Assembly: GCA_964510325.1 (NCBI GenBank)
Contig: CAZEBL010000001.1
Span: 1 to 36,077 of the forward strand
Direction of reading: 5' to 3'
Source: an uncultured Melioribacter sp.
GTDB lineage: Bacteria > Bacteroidota > Ignavibacteria > Ignavibacteriales > Melioribacteraceae
DNA length: 36,077 nt
In this document: piece after piece, positions 8,791 to 17,230 of the stretch
Layout: each line of letters begins with the position of its first letter
How positions within the stretch are numbered: position 1 is the first letter of the stretch
The notes under the pieces: model-generated
What the model was told of the DNA's origin: nothing
Database searches by the model: none
What the model saw: only the letters and a program-made list of their open reading frames with translations
Program-made: the position numbers and the translations under genes

Positions 8791-9572
8791 TTAAAATCGG
8801 CGGCGGTAAAGGAATTAATCTAAAAGGAGTAATTTCGGATCTTGCTACGTTGAATGAAAAAATAATTATTGTTCACGGTGCAAATGCCGCAAGAGATGAA
8901 TTAGCCAATAAAATTGGTTTTCATAAGAAAGTTGTAACTTCACTCTCAGGTTACGATTCGGTTCTTAGCGATGAAACTACTATTGATCTTATGATGATGA
9001 CGTATGCCGGATTAAAGAATAAACGTATTGTTGAACTCTGTCAACAGCACGGTATCAATGCAGTTGGTTTAACCGGACTCGATGGAAAAACTATTCAAGG
9101 AAAACGTAATAGTGGAATAAAGGTAAGAGAAGGGGGTAAAACACTTTTACTAAGAGACTTTTCCGGTAAACCGAAATCAATTAATAAAGATCTTCTTAAT
9201 CTGCTGCTCGATAACAGTTATACCCCTGTATTAAGTGTTCCGCTCATAGACGAAAATAATTTTGCAATTAATTCAGAAAATGACGACATACTTGCATTAC
9301 TTCAATCTGAATTTAAAGCAGACAAAGTAATTTCTCTTATAGAAGAACAAGGACTTCTATTGGATAAGAACGATCCTTCATCACTTGTTTCTAATCTATC
9401 GAAAGAAGAACTTGAAGCAATGGAACAGAAAGTTGATGGGAGAATGAAAAGAAAAATCCTTGCATTAAGAAAATTATTTGAATCGGGTGATACTACAGTA
9501 ATTTTAGGCGATGGTAGAACCGAACACCCGATTATTGATGCACTAAATGGAAAGGGGACCATAATAAAATGA
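8781..9572 (+). CDS. lysZ: LysW-aminoadipate/glutamate kinase (ArgB/LysZ amino-acid kinase family)
   Basis: The amino-acid kinase fold pattern is present: IKIGGGKG...IIIVHGANAARDE, GLTGLDG, INSENDDILA. The 263-aa size and operon position fit. Confidence 0.85.
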   Translation: MYLIKIGGGKGINLKGVISDLATLNEKIIIVHGANAARDELANKIGFHKKVVTSLSGYDSVLSDETTIDLMMMTYAGLKNKRIVELCQQHGINAVGLTGLDGKTIQGKRNSGIKVREGGKTLLLRDFSGKPKSINKDLLNLLLDNSYTPVLSVPLIDENNFAINSENDDILALLQSEFKADKVISLIEEQGLLLDKNDPSSLVSNLSKEELEAMEQKVDGRMKRKILALRKLFESGDTTVILGDGRTEHPIIDALNGKGTIIK

Positions 9573-10723
9573 AAGATTACAAATCATTAATTGAACAATA
9601 CGAAGTTGATGTTTACCCTCGACGTGATGTTGTACTTGTTAAAGGTAAAGATGCTCATGTGTGGGATGACAAAGGGAATGAATACATCGATATGGCTGCT
9701 GGAATTTCTGTTGCTAATATTGGCCATGCTAACAATTATGTAGTAGAAGCTATTTCCAGGCAATCTGAAACACTTATTACTTGTCCAAATACTTTTTATA
9801 ATGATGCAAAAGCAATCTTTTTAGAAAAGTTATTTAGTGTTGTTCCTAAGAATCTTACACGTGCATTTTTAACTAACAGCGGAACCGAAGCAATTGAAGC
9901 GGCAATAAAATTTGCACGCTTGAATACAAAGAAAACTAAAATTATTGCTGCAATGAAAGGTTTCCATGGAAGAACATACGGCGCATTAAGTGCAACTTAC
10001 AAGAAAGAATATCGTGATGGTTTTGAACCTCTTGTACCAGGATTCGATTTTGTTCCATATAATAATTTCGAAAAAATTGTTCAATTAGCAGATGATGATA
10101 CTGCTGCAATTATTCTTGAACCAATTCAAGGTGAAGGTGGAATTAATATTGGTCAAATTGAATTTTTTCAGAAAGTAAGGCAACTCTGTAATGAAAAAAA
10201 CATTCTTCTTATAATTGATGAAATTCAAACCGGTTTCTGCCGAACGGGCAAATTATTTGCAATTGAACATCTTGGTATTGAAGCTGATATGATTACGCTT
10301 GCTAAATCAATTGCTGGCGGTTTTCCGATGGGCGCACTTTTATGTTCCGATAAAATTACTGTCGAAAAAAGTAAGCACGGTTCCACATTTGGCGGTAATC
10401 CGTTGGCATGTGCCGCCGGAACTGCATCAATCGATTTTATGATTGAAACAAAATTATGGGAACAAGCTGAGGCAAAAGGTAAGTATTTCAAAGCTAAACT
10501 GGAAAACCTTTCACTTTCTAAAGTCCGCGAAATCAGAATAGTCGGATTAATGATTGGAATCGAATTAAAAGAAAAAGTTCAGCCGTATCTGGAAGAATTG
10601 TTGAAAAGAAAAATTGTTGTATTACCGGCTGGAACTACTGTACTTAGAATGCTTCCGCCTCTTGTAATAAGCTACGAGGACTTAGATAAAGTAGCAAAGG
10701 AATTAGAAGACCTATTAAAGTAA
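9569..10723 (+). CDS. lysJ: Class-III PLP aminotransferase (ArgD/LysJ type)
   Basis: Motifs: SGTEAIEAAIKFAR, GFHGRTYGALSAT, LIIDEIQTGFCRTGKLFA, TLAKSIAGGFP (PLP lysine context), STFGGNPLACAA. The start overlaps the lysZ stop (ATGA). Confidence 0.88.
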   Translation: MKDYKSLIEQYEVDVYPRRDVVLVKGKDAHVWDDKGNEYIDMAAGISVANIGHANNYVVEAISRQSETLITCPNTFYNDAKAIFLEKLFSVVPKNLTRAFLTNSGTEAIEAAIKFARLNTKKTKIIAAMKGFHGRTYGALSATYKKEYRDGFEPLVPGFDFVPYNNFEKIVQLADDDTAAIILEPIQGEGGINIGQIEFFQKVRQLCNEKNILLIIDEIQTGFCRTGKLFAIEHLGIEADMITLAKSIAGGFPMGALLCSDKITVEKSKHGSTFGGNPLACAAGTASIDFMIETKLWEQAEAKGKYFKAKLENLSLSKVREIRIVGLMIGIELKEKVQPYLEELLKRKIVVLPAGTTVLRMLPPLVISYEDLDKVAKELEDLLK

Positions 10724-10835
10724 TGTAAAATTAGGGCTAAATACTGCTAAATTAATTTCTTATTGCTAACAAGATTCTTTGACTTTATAACCCCTTTTGG
10801 ATTATTTTTCAATCCAAAATTATTCCGTTATTGAT

Positions 10836-11204
10836 ATGATTCTTAATTACATACCTATTTTTTTAGTCCTATTAGTTGCAGCTGTAATTGCCGGGGCTAT
10901 TGTATATTCTTCAAAGTTATTTGGTCCTTACAGACCTAATAAAATAAAGCAGCTTTCATATGAAAGCGGTAAAAATCCCGTTGGTACAACTCACGAGAGA
11001 ATTTCAATTAAATATTACCTGGTTGCAATGCTCTTTATCATTTTTGATATCGAAGTAATTTATGTTTACCCGTGGGCAGTGCAATTCAAATCCCTCTATG
11101 CCGAATTTGGAATTTTTGCATTTATGCCGATGTTTATATTTTTAGTTGTACTTGAACTTGGATTCCTATACATCTTCGCGAAAGGAGGGCTAAAATGGGA
11201 TTAG
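10836..11204 (+). CDS. nuoA: NADH-quinone oxidoreductase subunit A
   Basis: Three TM segments and the NuoA motifs YESGKNP and [15 protein letters not shown] chose the in-frame ATG at 10836 (122 aa, typical NuoA size) over the ORF-track TTG at 10797. The start is uncertain. Confidence 0.85.
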   Translation: MILNYIPIFLVLLVAAVIAGAIVYSSKLFGPYRPNKIKQLSYESGKNPVGTTHERISIKYYLVAMLFIIFDIEVIYVYPWAVQFKSLYAEFGIFAFMPMFIFLVVLELGFLYIFAKGGLKWD

Positions 11205-11713
11205 AAGCCAAATTACAACAGGATGGATTTGTAACCACCACAATAGATGCAATTATTGCATGGGCTCGTAAAAGTTCTGTATGGCCTATGCCGATGGGAA
11301 TTTCATGCTGTGCAATAGAAATGATTGCTGCTGCAGATCCTAAATACGATCTTGCTCGTTTCGGATCCGAAGTTATGCGTTTTACTCCGCGTCAGTGCGA
11401 TCTTATGATTGTTGCCGGAACAGTTACTTATAAAATGGCTCAGGTTGTTAGAAGAATTTACGACCAGATGCCTGAACCTAAATGGGTAATTGCTATGGGT
11501 GCATGTACATCCTCAGGCGGAATGTATCGTTCATATTCTGTTGTTCAAGGTATTGATCAATTTCTACCGGTTGACGTTTATACTGCCGGTTGTCCTCCAC
11601 GCCCGGAAAACTTGATTAATGCTGTAATGACAATTCAAAAGAAAATATCCAAAACCAGGGCAAGGGATTTTCAGGATCAACCAATGATTAATCCTGTTAC
11701 AACAAATAACTGA
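11195..11713 (+). CDS. nuoB: NADH-quinone oxidoreductase subunit B
   Basis: Motifs: [24 protein letters not shown] (N2 cluster ligands). Confidence 0.93.
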   Translation: MGLEAKLQQDGFVTTTIDAIIAWARKSSVWPMPMGISCCAIEMIAAADPKYDLARFGSEVMRFTPRQCDLMIVAGTVTYKMAQVVRRIYDQMPEPKWVIAMGACTSSGGMYRSYSVVQGIDQFLPVDVYTAGCPPRPENLINAVMTIQKKISKTRARDFQDQPMINPVTTNN

Positions 11714-11714
11714 T

Positions 11715-12206
11715 ATGGAAATGAAAGAACTTATTGTAGAAAAATTAAAAAAGAATTTTGGTGAATTTATTCAGGAAATCTCTGATTTCAGAAACGATCT
11801 TTCAATTACCATTGCCAGCAGCAAAATAGTTGAAGTTGCAAAATTCTTAAAAGATGATTCCGAACTTGAATTTGTGATGTGCAAAGATGTTACCGCTATT
11901 GACTGGGCTACACGTAAAAACAGATTTACAGTTGTCTATCATATCTATTCATTTAAGAACAATTATTTTTTACGCTTAAAATCTAATATTGTTGAAAAGA
12001 CGCCGGCTATTGATTCTGTTACATCCATATGGCCAAGTGCTAACTGGTATGAAAGAGAAACATTCGATATGTATGGAATTATTTTTAACAATCATCCCGA
12101 TTTAAGAAGAATGTATATGCCGGAAGGATTTCAGTATCATGCATTAAGAAAAGAATTTCCGGTCTTAGGCATACCCGGATCATTACCATTACCCGAAAAA
12201 ATCTAA
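11715..12206 (+). CDS. nuoC: NADH-quinone oxidoreductase subunit C
   Basis: Motifs: NWYERETFDMYGIIFNNHPDLRR. It is a separate gene, not fused to nuoD. Confidence 0.9.
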   Translation: MEMKELIVEKLKKNFGEFIQEISDFRNDLSITIASSKIVEVAKFLKDDSELEFVMCKDVTAIDWATRKNRFTVVYHIYSFKNNYFLRLKSNIVEKTPAIDSVTSIWPSANWYERETFDMYGIIFNNHPDLRRMYMPEGFQYHALRKEFPVLGIPGSLPLPEKI

Positions 12207-12208
12207 TT

Positions 12209-13459
12209 ATGGAACAGAGATCAGCTATATATTCTGACGAAAAACTTCTCAAGAAACTTCTTGAAGATAAAGATATTACTATTGAAGATGCTCTTGAAAA
12301 TGAGATGGTTATTAACATGGGTCCTCAGCACCCGGCTACTCATGGAGTATTGAGATTAGTTCTAAGATTGGATGGAGAGACAGTTCTTTCTGCAGTTCCT
12401 GAACTCGGTTATCTTCATCGCGGTTATGAAAAGATGGCTGAGGATATGAGTTATATAGAGTTTATTCCACATACAGACCGTCTTGATTACACAGCTACAA
12501 TGTGTAATAACGTTGCCTATGTTCTTGCCGTTGAAAAGCTATTGGGCATTGAAGCTCCAAAGCGTGCTCAATATATCCGGATGATGATTGCAGAATTATC
12601 ACGTCTTGCTGCTCACATGGTTGCAATCGGTACTTATGCAATGGACGTTGGTGCAGTTACAATGGTAATGTGGACTTTCAGAGAACGTGAAAAGATTCAG
12701 GAAATATTCGACCGTCTTGCCGGTGCAAGATTTACAACAAGTTATACAAGAATTGGCGGTGTTGCTTCGGATGCAGATTCCGTAACACTTAAAATGGTTC
12801 GCGATTTTCTGGATCAGTTCCATAACGCACTGGATGAAATGGATAAACTTTTACTAGGTAATAAAATTTTTATTGATCGATTAGATGGTATTGGCGTTCT
12901 TTCTAAAGATGATGCAATTGCTCTTGGTGTAACCGGTCCTAATCTTAGAGCTTCTGGAGTTGCTTATGATGTAAGAAGAGCAAAACCGTACTTGTTCTAC
13001 AATGAAATGGATTTCAATATACCCACTTATACTAACGGGGATTGTTTAGCAAGATACTGGCTGCGAGGTGATGAGGTAAGAGAAAGTGTTAAAATCCTCT
13101 ACCAGATATTGGATAAAATGCCTCAAGGTGAAGTTTTAGCAAACGAACCGAAACACACGCTTGCTCATAAATCTGAGATATATACTAAGATGGAAGAACT
13201 GATTCACGATTTTATGATTATTAATTATGGGATCAATCCACCAGTTGGTGATGTGTTCTTCTCTGCTGAAAATCCGAAAGGGGAATTAGGATTTTATATT
13301 GTAAGTAACGGTTCAGGTCATCCCTGGAAAATGAAAATTAGATCACCTTCATTCTGTAATCTTCAAGCCATTGCTCAACTCTGTAAAGGAGCAATGATTT
13401 CTGATGTAATTGCAATAATAGGAAGTTTAGACCCTGTAATGGGAGAGGCAGATAAATAA
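12209..13459 (+). CDS. nuoD: NADH-quinone oxidoreductase subunit D
   Basis: Motifs: NMGPQHPATHGVLRL, GYLHRGYEK, RIRSPSF-like (KIRSPSFCNLQ). Confidence 0.93.
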   Translation: MEQRSAIYSDEKLLKKLLEDKDITIEDALENEMVINMGPQHPATHGVLRLVLRLDGETVLSAVPELGYLHRGYEKMAEDMSYIEFIPHTDRLDYTATMCNNVAYVLAVEKLLGIEAPKRAQYIRMMIAELSRLAAHMVAIGTYAMDVGAVTMVMWTFREREKIQEIFDRLAGARFTTSYTRIGGVASDADSVTLKMVRDFLDQFHNALDEMDKLLLGNKIFIDRLDGIGVLSKDDAIALGVTGPNLRASGVAYDVRRAKPYLFYNEMDFNIPTYTNGDCLARYWLRGDEVRESVKILYQILDKMPQGEVLANEPKHTLAHKSEIYTKMEELIHDFMIINYGINPPVGDVFFSAENPKGELGFYIVSNGSGHPWKMKIRSPSFCNLQAIAQLCKGAMISDVIAIIGSLDPVMGEADK

Positions 13460-13515
13460 TTTATAATCCCGATCTTGATCATAGTCTTGATCCTGATCTA
13501 AAATGAATATGAACT

Positions 13516-13989
13516 ATGTCATTTAAATTTACCGAAGAAAATTTAGCACGAATTGAGAAAGCCCGTAAGAAATATCCTACTGCATTAGCTGCTGTAATGG
13601 ATACAGTTTACATAGCTCAGGAACAGAATGGATATATAAGCACAGAGGTAATGGAAGAAATTGCTAATGTACTTGGAATAGATAAAGTAAATGTACTTAG
13701 TGTTGTAACATTCTATACAATGTATCATACCAAACCGATGGGTAAATATCATGTTCAGGTCTGCACTAATGTTTCATGTATGCTTCGGGGTTCTTATGAA
13801 ATTTGGGATAGAGTAAGAGAAAAATTAGGTATTGATAATATGCAGGTAAGCGCAGATGGTAAATTTTCTCTTGAAGAAGTTGAATGTATGGGTGCATGCG
13901 GATATGCTCCAATGATTGCAATAAATGAATATTACTATGAAAATCTAACAAAAGAAAAAGTTGAAGAAATTCTGGAATCCTTAAAATAA
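13516..13989 (+). CDS. nuoE: NADH-quinone oxidoreductase subunit E (2Fe-2S)
   Basis: Thioredoxin-like 2Fe-2S pattern: VCTNVSC ... ECMGACGYAPM. Confidence 0.9.
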   Translation: MSFKFTEENLARIEKARKKYPTALAAVMDTVYIAQEQNGYISTEVMEEIANVLGIDKVNVLSVVTFYTMYHTKPMGKYHVQVCTNVSCMLRGSYEIWDRVREKLGIDNMQVSADGKFSLEEVECMGACGYAPMIAINEYYYENLTKEKVEEILESLK

Positions 13990-15311
13990 TGGAAAGAATT
14001 GTTCTACCCGGAATACAAAATCTAAACGAAATAGAAGTATATCTATCCAACGGCGGATTTGAAGCTGCAAAAAAAGCATTCAGCCAAACTCCCGATGATA
14101 TTATTGATCAGGTTAAAAAATCTGGACTTAGAGGTAGAGGAGGAGCTGCATTTCTAACTGGATTGAAATGGAGCTTTATGCCTAAAACAACCAATCTACC
14201 CAAATACCTTTGTATCAATGGGGATGAAAGTGAACCGGGATCCTTTAAGGATAGACAGGTTTTTGAAGATAATCCTTTTCAGCTGATTGAAGGTGCTATA
14301 ATCACATGTTATGCAATTGACGCTAAGGTTGCGTATTTATATATACGTGGTGAATATCATAAGTGGATAAAGCTGATGCAGAAAGCCATAGATACATCGT
14401 ATGAGCGCGGATATCTTGGCGAAAAGATGAAATCTACGTTTGGAATTGACTTTAGTTGCGATTTATTTATTCATAAAGGTGCCGGTGCTTATATATGCGG
14501 GGAAGAATCTTCCCTTATGAATTCTATCGAAGGACATCGTGGTTATCCACGTGTTAAACCGCCTTTCCCGGCTCAAAAAGGTTTATGGGGATGCCCGACA
14601 ACAATTAACAACGTTGAAACAATAACAAATGTCCCTCCGATAATTTCCAAAGGATGGGAATGGTTCTGCAAAATCGGTGCACCAAAACATCCCGGCACAT
14701 TGTTATACGGAATAAGCGGACACGTTAATAAGCCGGGTGTCTATGAATATCCAACAGGTATGCTTTTAACAGAATTAATTTATGATGTAGCCGGCGGAGT
14801 TCCGGGAAATAAAAAAATAAAATGTGTTATACCGGGCGGTTCTTCTATGCCTCCATTAAGAGGTGATAAGTTGGAAGGCGTGCGAATGGATGCAGAGTCA
14901 TTAAAAGAAGCCGGATCCGCTGTTGGTACTGCCGGAATTATGGTTATGGATGAAGATACTAACTTATTAAAAGTGTTAATTCGTATTGCACATTTTTATC
15001 ATCACGAAAGCTGCGGTCAGTGTACACCATGCCGTGAGGGAACCGGATGGATGGAAAAAACGCTTCACAGAATTTTGGAAGGTCATGGCACATCAAAAGA
15101 TCTTGATCTGCTTATTAGTGTTGCAAACAATATAGAAGGAAACACAATCTGTGCATTAGGCGATGCTGCTGCCTGGCCAGTTAAATTTATGATTGAAAGA
15201 TTCAGAGATGAATTTGAAACCTATGTTAAGAAAGATGTTTCTATACCGGTCCCTAATAAAGTACACTCAATGAGGCAAACCGCCGTACCACTCGCAGATT
15301 TACATAAATAA
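13989..15311 (+). CDS. nuoF: NADH-quinone oxidoreductase subunit F (FMN/NADH-binding, 4Fe-4S)
   Basis: Motifs: GLRGRGGAAF, GAGAYICGEESSL, ESCGQCTPCREG. The start overlaps the nuoE stop (TAATG). Confidence 0.93.
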   Translation: MERIVLPGIQNLNEIEVYLSNGGFEAAKKAFSQTPDDIIDQVKKSGLRGRGGAAFLTGLKWSFMPKTTNLPKYLCINGDESEPGSFKDRQVFEDNPFQLIEGAIITCYAIDAKVAYLYIRGEYHKWIKLMQKAIDTSYERGYLGEKMKSTFGIDFSCDLFIHKGAGAYICGEESSLMNSIEGHRGYPRVKPPFPAQKGLWGCPTTINNVETITNVPPIISKGWEWFCKIGAPKHPGTLLYGISGHVNKPGVYEYPTGMLLTELIYDVAGGVPGNKKIKCVIPGGSSMPPLRGDKLEGVRMDAESLKEAGSAVGTAGIMVMDEDTNLLKVLIRIAHFYHHESCGQCTPCREGTGWMEKTLHRILEGHGTSKDLDLLISVANNIEGNTICALGDAAAWPVKFMIERFRDEFETYVKKDVSIPVPNKVHSMRQTAVPLADLHK

Positions 15312-15316
15312 TGTAT

Positions 15317-15350
15317 AAAAAAAAGCCCCTCTTAGGTGCTTCTAATTTTT
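15317..15350. terminator. Candidate bidirectional intrinsic terminator between convergent nuoF and the T9SS-cargo gene
   Basis: An A-run is followed by the hairpin AAGCcCCT-ctt-AGGtGCTT (15323-15341; 7 base pairs plus one internal mismatch) and then a T-rich tract (ctaattttta). Confidence 0.45.
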
Positions 15351-15369
15351 ATCTAGGAGTTCAATAATT

Positions 15370-17076
15370 CTATTTAAGAAGTACCATCTTATAAGATTTA
15401 ATAAAATTACCAGATTTTAATTGATAGAAATAAATACCACTACTTAAATATTTCCCGTTAAATTCAATTTCATAAGATCCCGGATTCATCTCCTCGTTAA
15501 GTAATTGATCTACTTCTTTTCCGGTTACATCGAATATTTTCAATTCAACATGACGTGGTTTATTATCCTTTGAAGATGGGATACCAAATTTAATTTTGGT
15601 AGTAGGATTAAAAGGATTAGGGTAATTTTGGCTAAATAAAAAATCATCCGGTATTATGAGTGGATTTTCGCTAACCGAAACTGGTCCGGCACCTGTTCTA
15701 AATTGGATTCTTTTACCGGGGAAATATAAAGCTCCGCTCTTCAACAAAGATCCGCTACTTCCTGATGTTGGAAATATTGCAGTTCTTGCATAATAATCAC
15801 TATTAGGAATAAGATTGGCACGAGGAGAATATGATACACTATAAACATCCATTGATTGAGAAACCGGGATTCCCTGATCCGGGCAAACCGACTCGATTGT
15901 AGGACCTACATAAACAGCCAGATTATAATGGTCCTCTCTTTTTTCTTTAATTGATTCTGTTTTTATAATTACATTCGTTGGAACATTTGTCTCCCCATCA
16001 TGCGGGGATAAGATATCTGGCGGATTTGGATACCATGTATTACCTGTAGTAAAAGTAGCTATATTGCTCATACTATAAGTATTTAAAAAGTGTTCAATTA
16101 CTCTCCAAAAATAATTTTTATTCTTTTCAAGGTAATTACTTGGTAAAGTCAATTCGGAAGTAATAGGTGGTAAGGATTGTGAAACAGGAACTCCGATGTT
16201 TGGAGTAACTGATTCGATAGTAGTTCCAACATATACGTCAATACTGGTTGTGTTAGTTGGATTACTCCAGTACAATATTACAGGATTTGTGGGTATATCT
16301 TTAGCATTATTTGCTGGTGTTAATAAAGTAGCTTTTTGATAATTAGTTTGCCCGGTTGTAAATGAATAATTGGAAGATCGGTTTGAGCCAACTGCGTTAG
16401 CATACTCTATTGCAACATAATAAGTTTGGTTAGCTTCAAGTGGCCAGGGATAAGTATAAGATTTTAATTCATTAATTGTTGATGTAACAGCAACCCCGGT
16501 TGTTGGAGAAATAGATTCTAGAGTTGGACCTAGATATACACTTGTTTGAGATATAACAGGCATTACACCGCTTGATGATTCTTGTTCAAATGTAATTAAT
16601 GGAGGTGGATTTGGAATAATACCTGATGCACCGTTTGCAGGTGATTTTACTATTGGTTTGTTAGGTTTTCCATAAGTGCTGAAATAATATTCAACCGAAT
16701 TATTGGATGTATTAATATCACTCTGAAAATCCAGATAGTAAATAATGTTGTAGATCTCAGAACCGGTCGAGATAAATTTGTTCGAAAATGTAATTTGTTT
16801 TCTTTCACCCTGACCAATTGCCGGACCATCAAGTGAACCAGAATAAATGATTTGTCCGGATTGGTTTTTTATAATGAATCCAAGATACCATGAATTGGCT
16901 GGTAAAGCTGGACCAACTGCATTATAAATTTCTACTGTTAAGGGTATTTGAACACCAACCGGGTATTTTGAATCTTTAGCAGGACTAACTCCCTTTGTTA
17001 CTTGTAAGTCGTTAGCAAGTAAAAAGATGGGGAAAGAGTAGAGTAACACAAATAAAAAAAGGTTGGATCTCTTCAT
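15370..17076 (-). CDS. Secreted multi-domain surface protein with a T9SS type-A C-terminal sorting domain
   Basis: It has an N-terminal signal peptide and a CARDB-like first domain. Three ~100-aa tandem beta-sandwich-like repeats follow, each containing VY(L/V)G(P/T)T(L/I)ES(I/V)xPxxG(V/I)(A/P)V(T/S) and ending F(T/R)TG. The C-terminus reads SQNYPNPFNPTTKIKF...IFDVTGKEV...SGIYFYQL, a classic Por/T9SS CTD (nt ~15373-15636). Confidence 0.85.
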   Translation of the reverse strand: MKRSNLFLFVLLYSFPIFLLANDLQVTKGVSPAKDSKYPVGVQIPLTVEIYNAVGPALPANSWYLGFIIKNQSGQIIYSGSLDGPAIGQGERKQITFSNKFISTGSEIYNIIYYLDFQSDINTSNNSVEYYFSTYGKPNKPIVKSPANGASGIIPNPPPLITFEQESSSGVMPVISQTSVYLGPTLESISPTTGVAVTSTINELKSYTYPWPLEANQTYYVAIEYANAVGSNRSSNYSFTTGQTNYQKATLLTPANNAKDIPTNPVILYWSNPTNTTSIDVYVGTTIESVTPNIGVPVSQSLPPITSELTLPSNYLEKNKNYFWRVIEHFLNTYSMSNIATFTTGNTWYPNPPDILSPHDGETNVPTNVIIKTESIKEKREDHYNLAVYVGPTIESVCPDQGIPVSQSMDVYSVSYSPRANLIPNSDYYARTAIFPTSGSSGSLLKSGALYFPGKRIQFRTGAGPVSVSENPLIIPDDFLFSQNYPNPFNPTTKIKFGIPSSKDNKPRHVELKIFDVTGKEVDQLLNEEMNPGSYEIEFNGKYLSSGIYFYQLKSGNFIKSYKMVLLK

Positions 17077-17230
17077 AACTGCGCCCTCACTTATAAAGAA
17101 GACTAAATTTCGAAGAAAGGTAATCTATTTATAAATAAATGATATTTACGAGGGTAAAATTCTATTGAAAACTAACATACTACTAAATTATTGTCAATAT
17201 TATTTTTACTTAATAGTGCTTAAAATCAAC

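Noticed and set aside
10797-10835. TTG-initiated 13-codon extension of nuoA.
   Set aside because: The in-frame ATG at 10836 gives a canonical ~122-aa NuoA beginning at the first TM helix. The extension adds non-conserved residues. It is kept only as an alternative.
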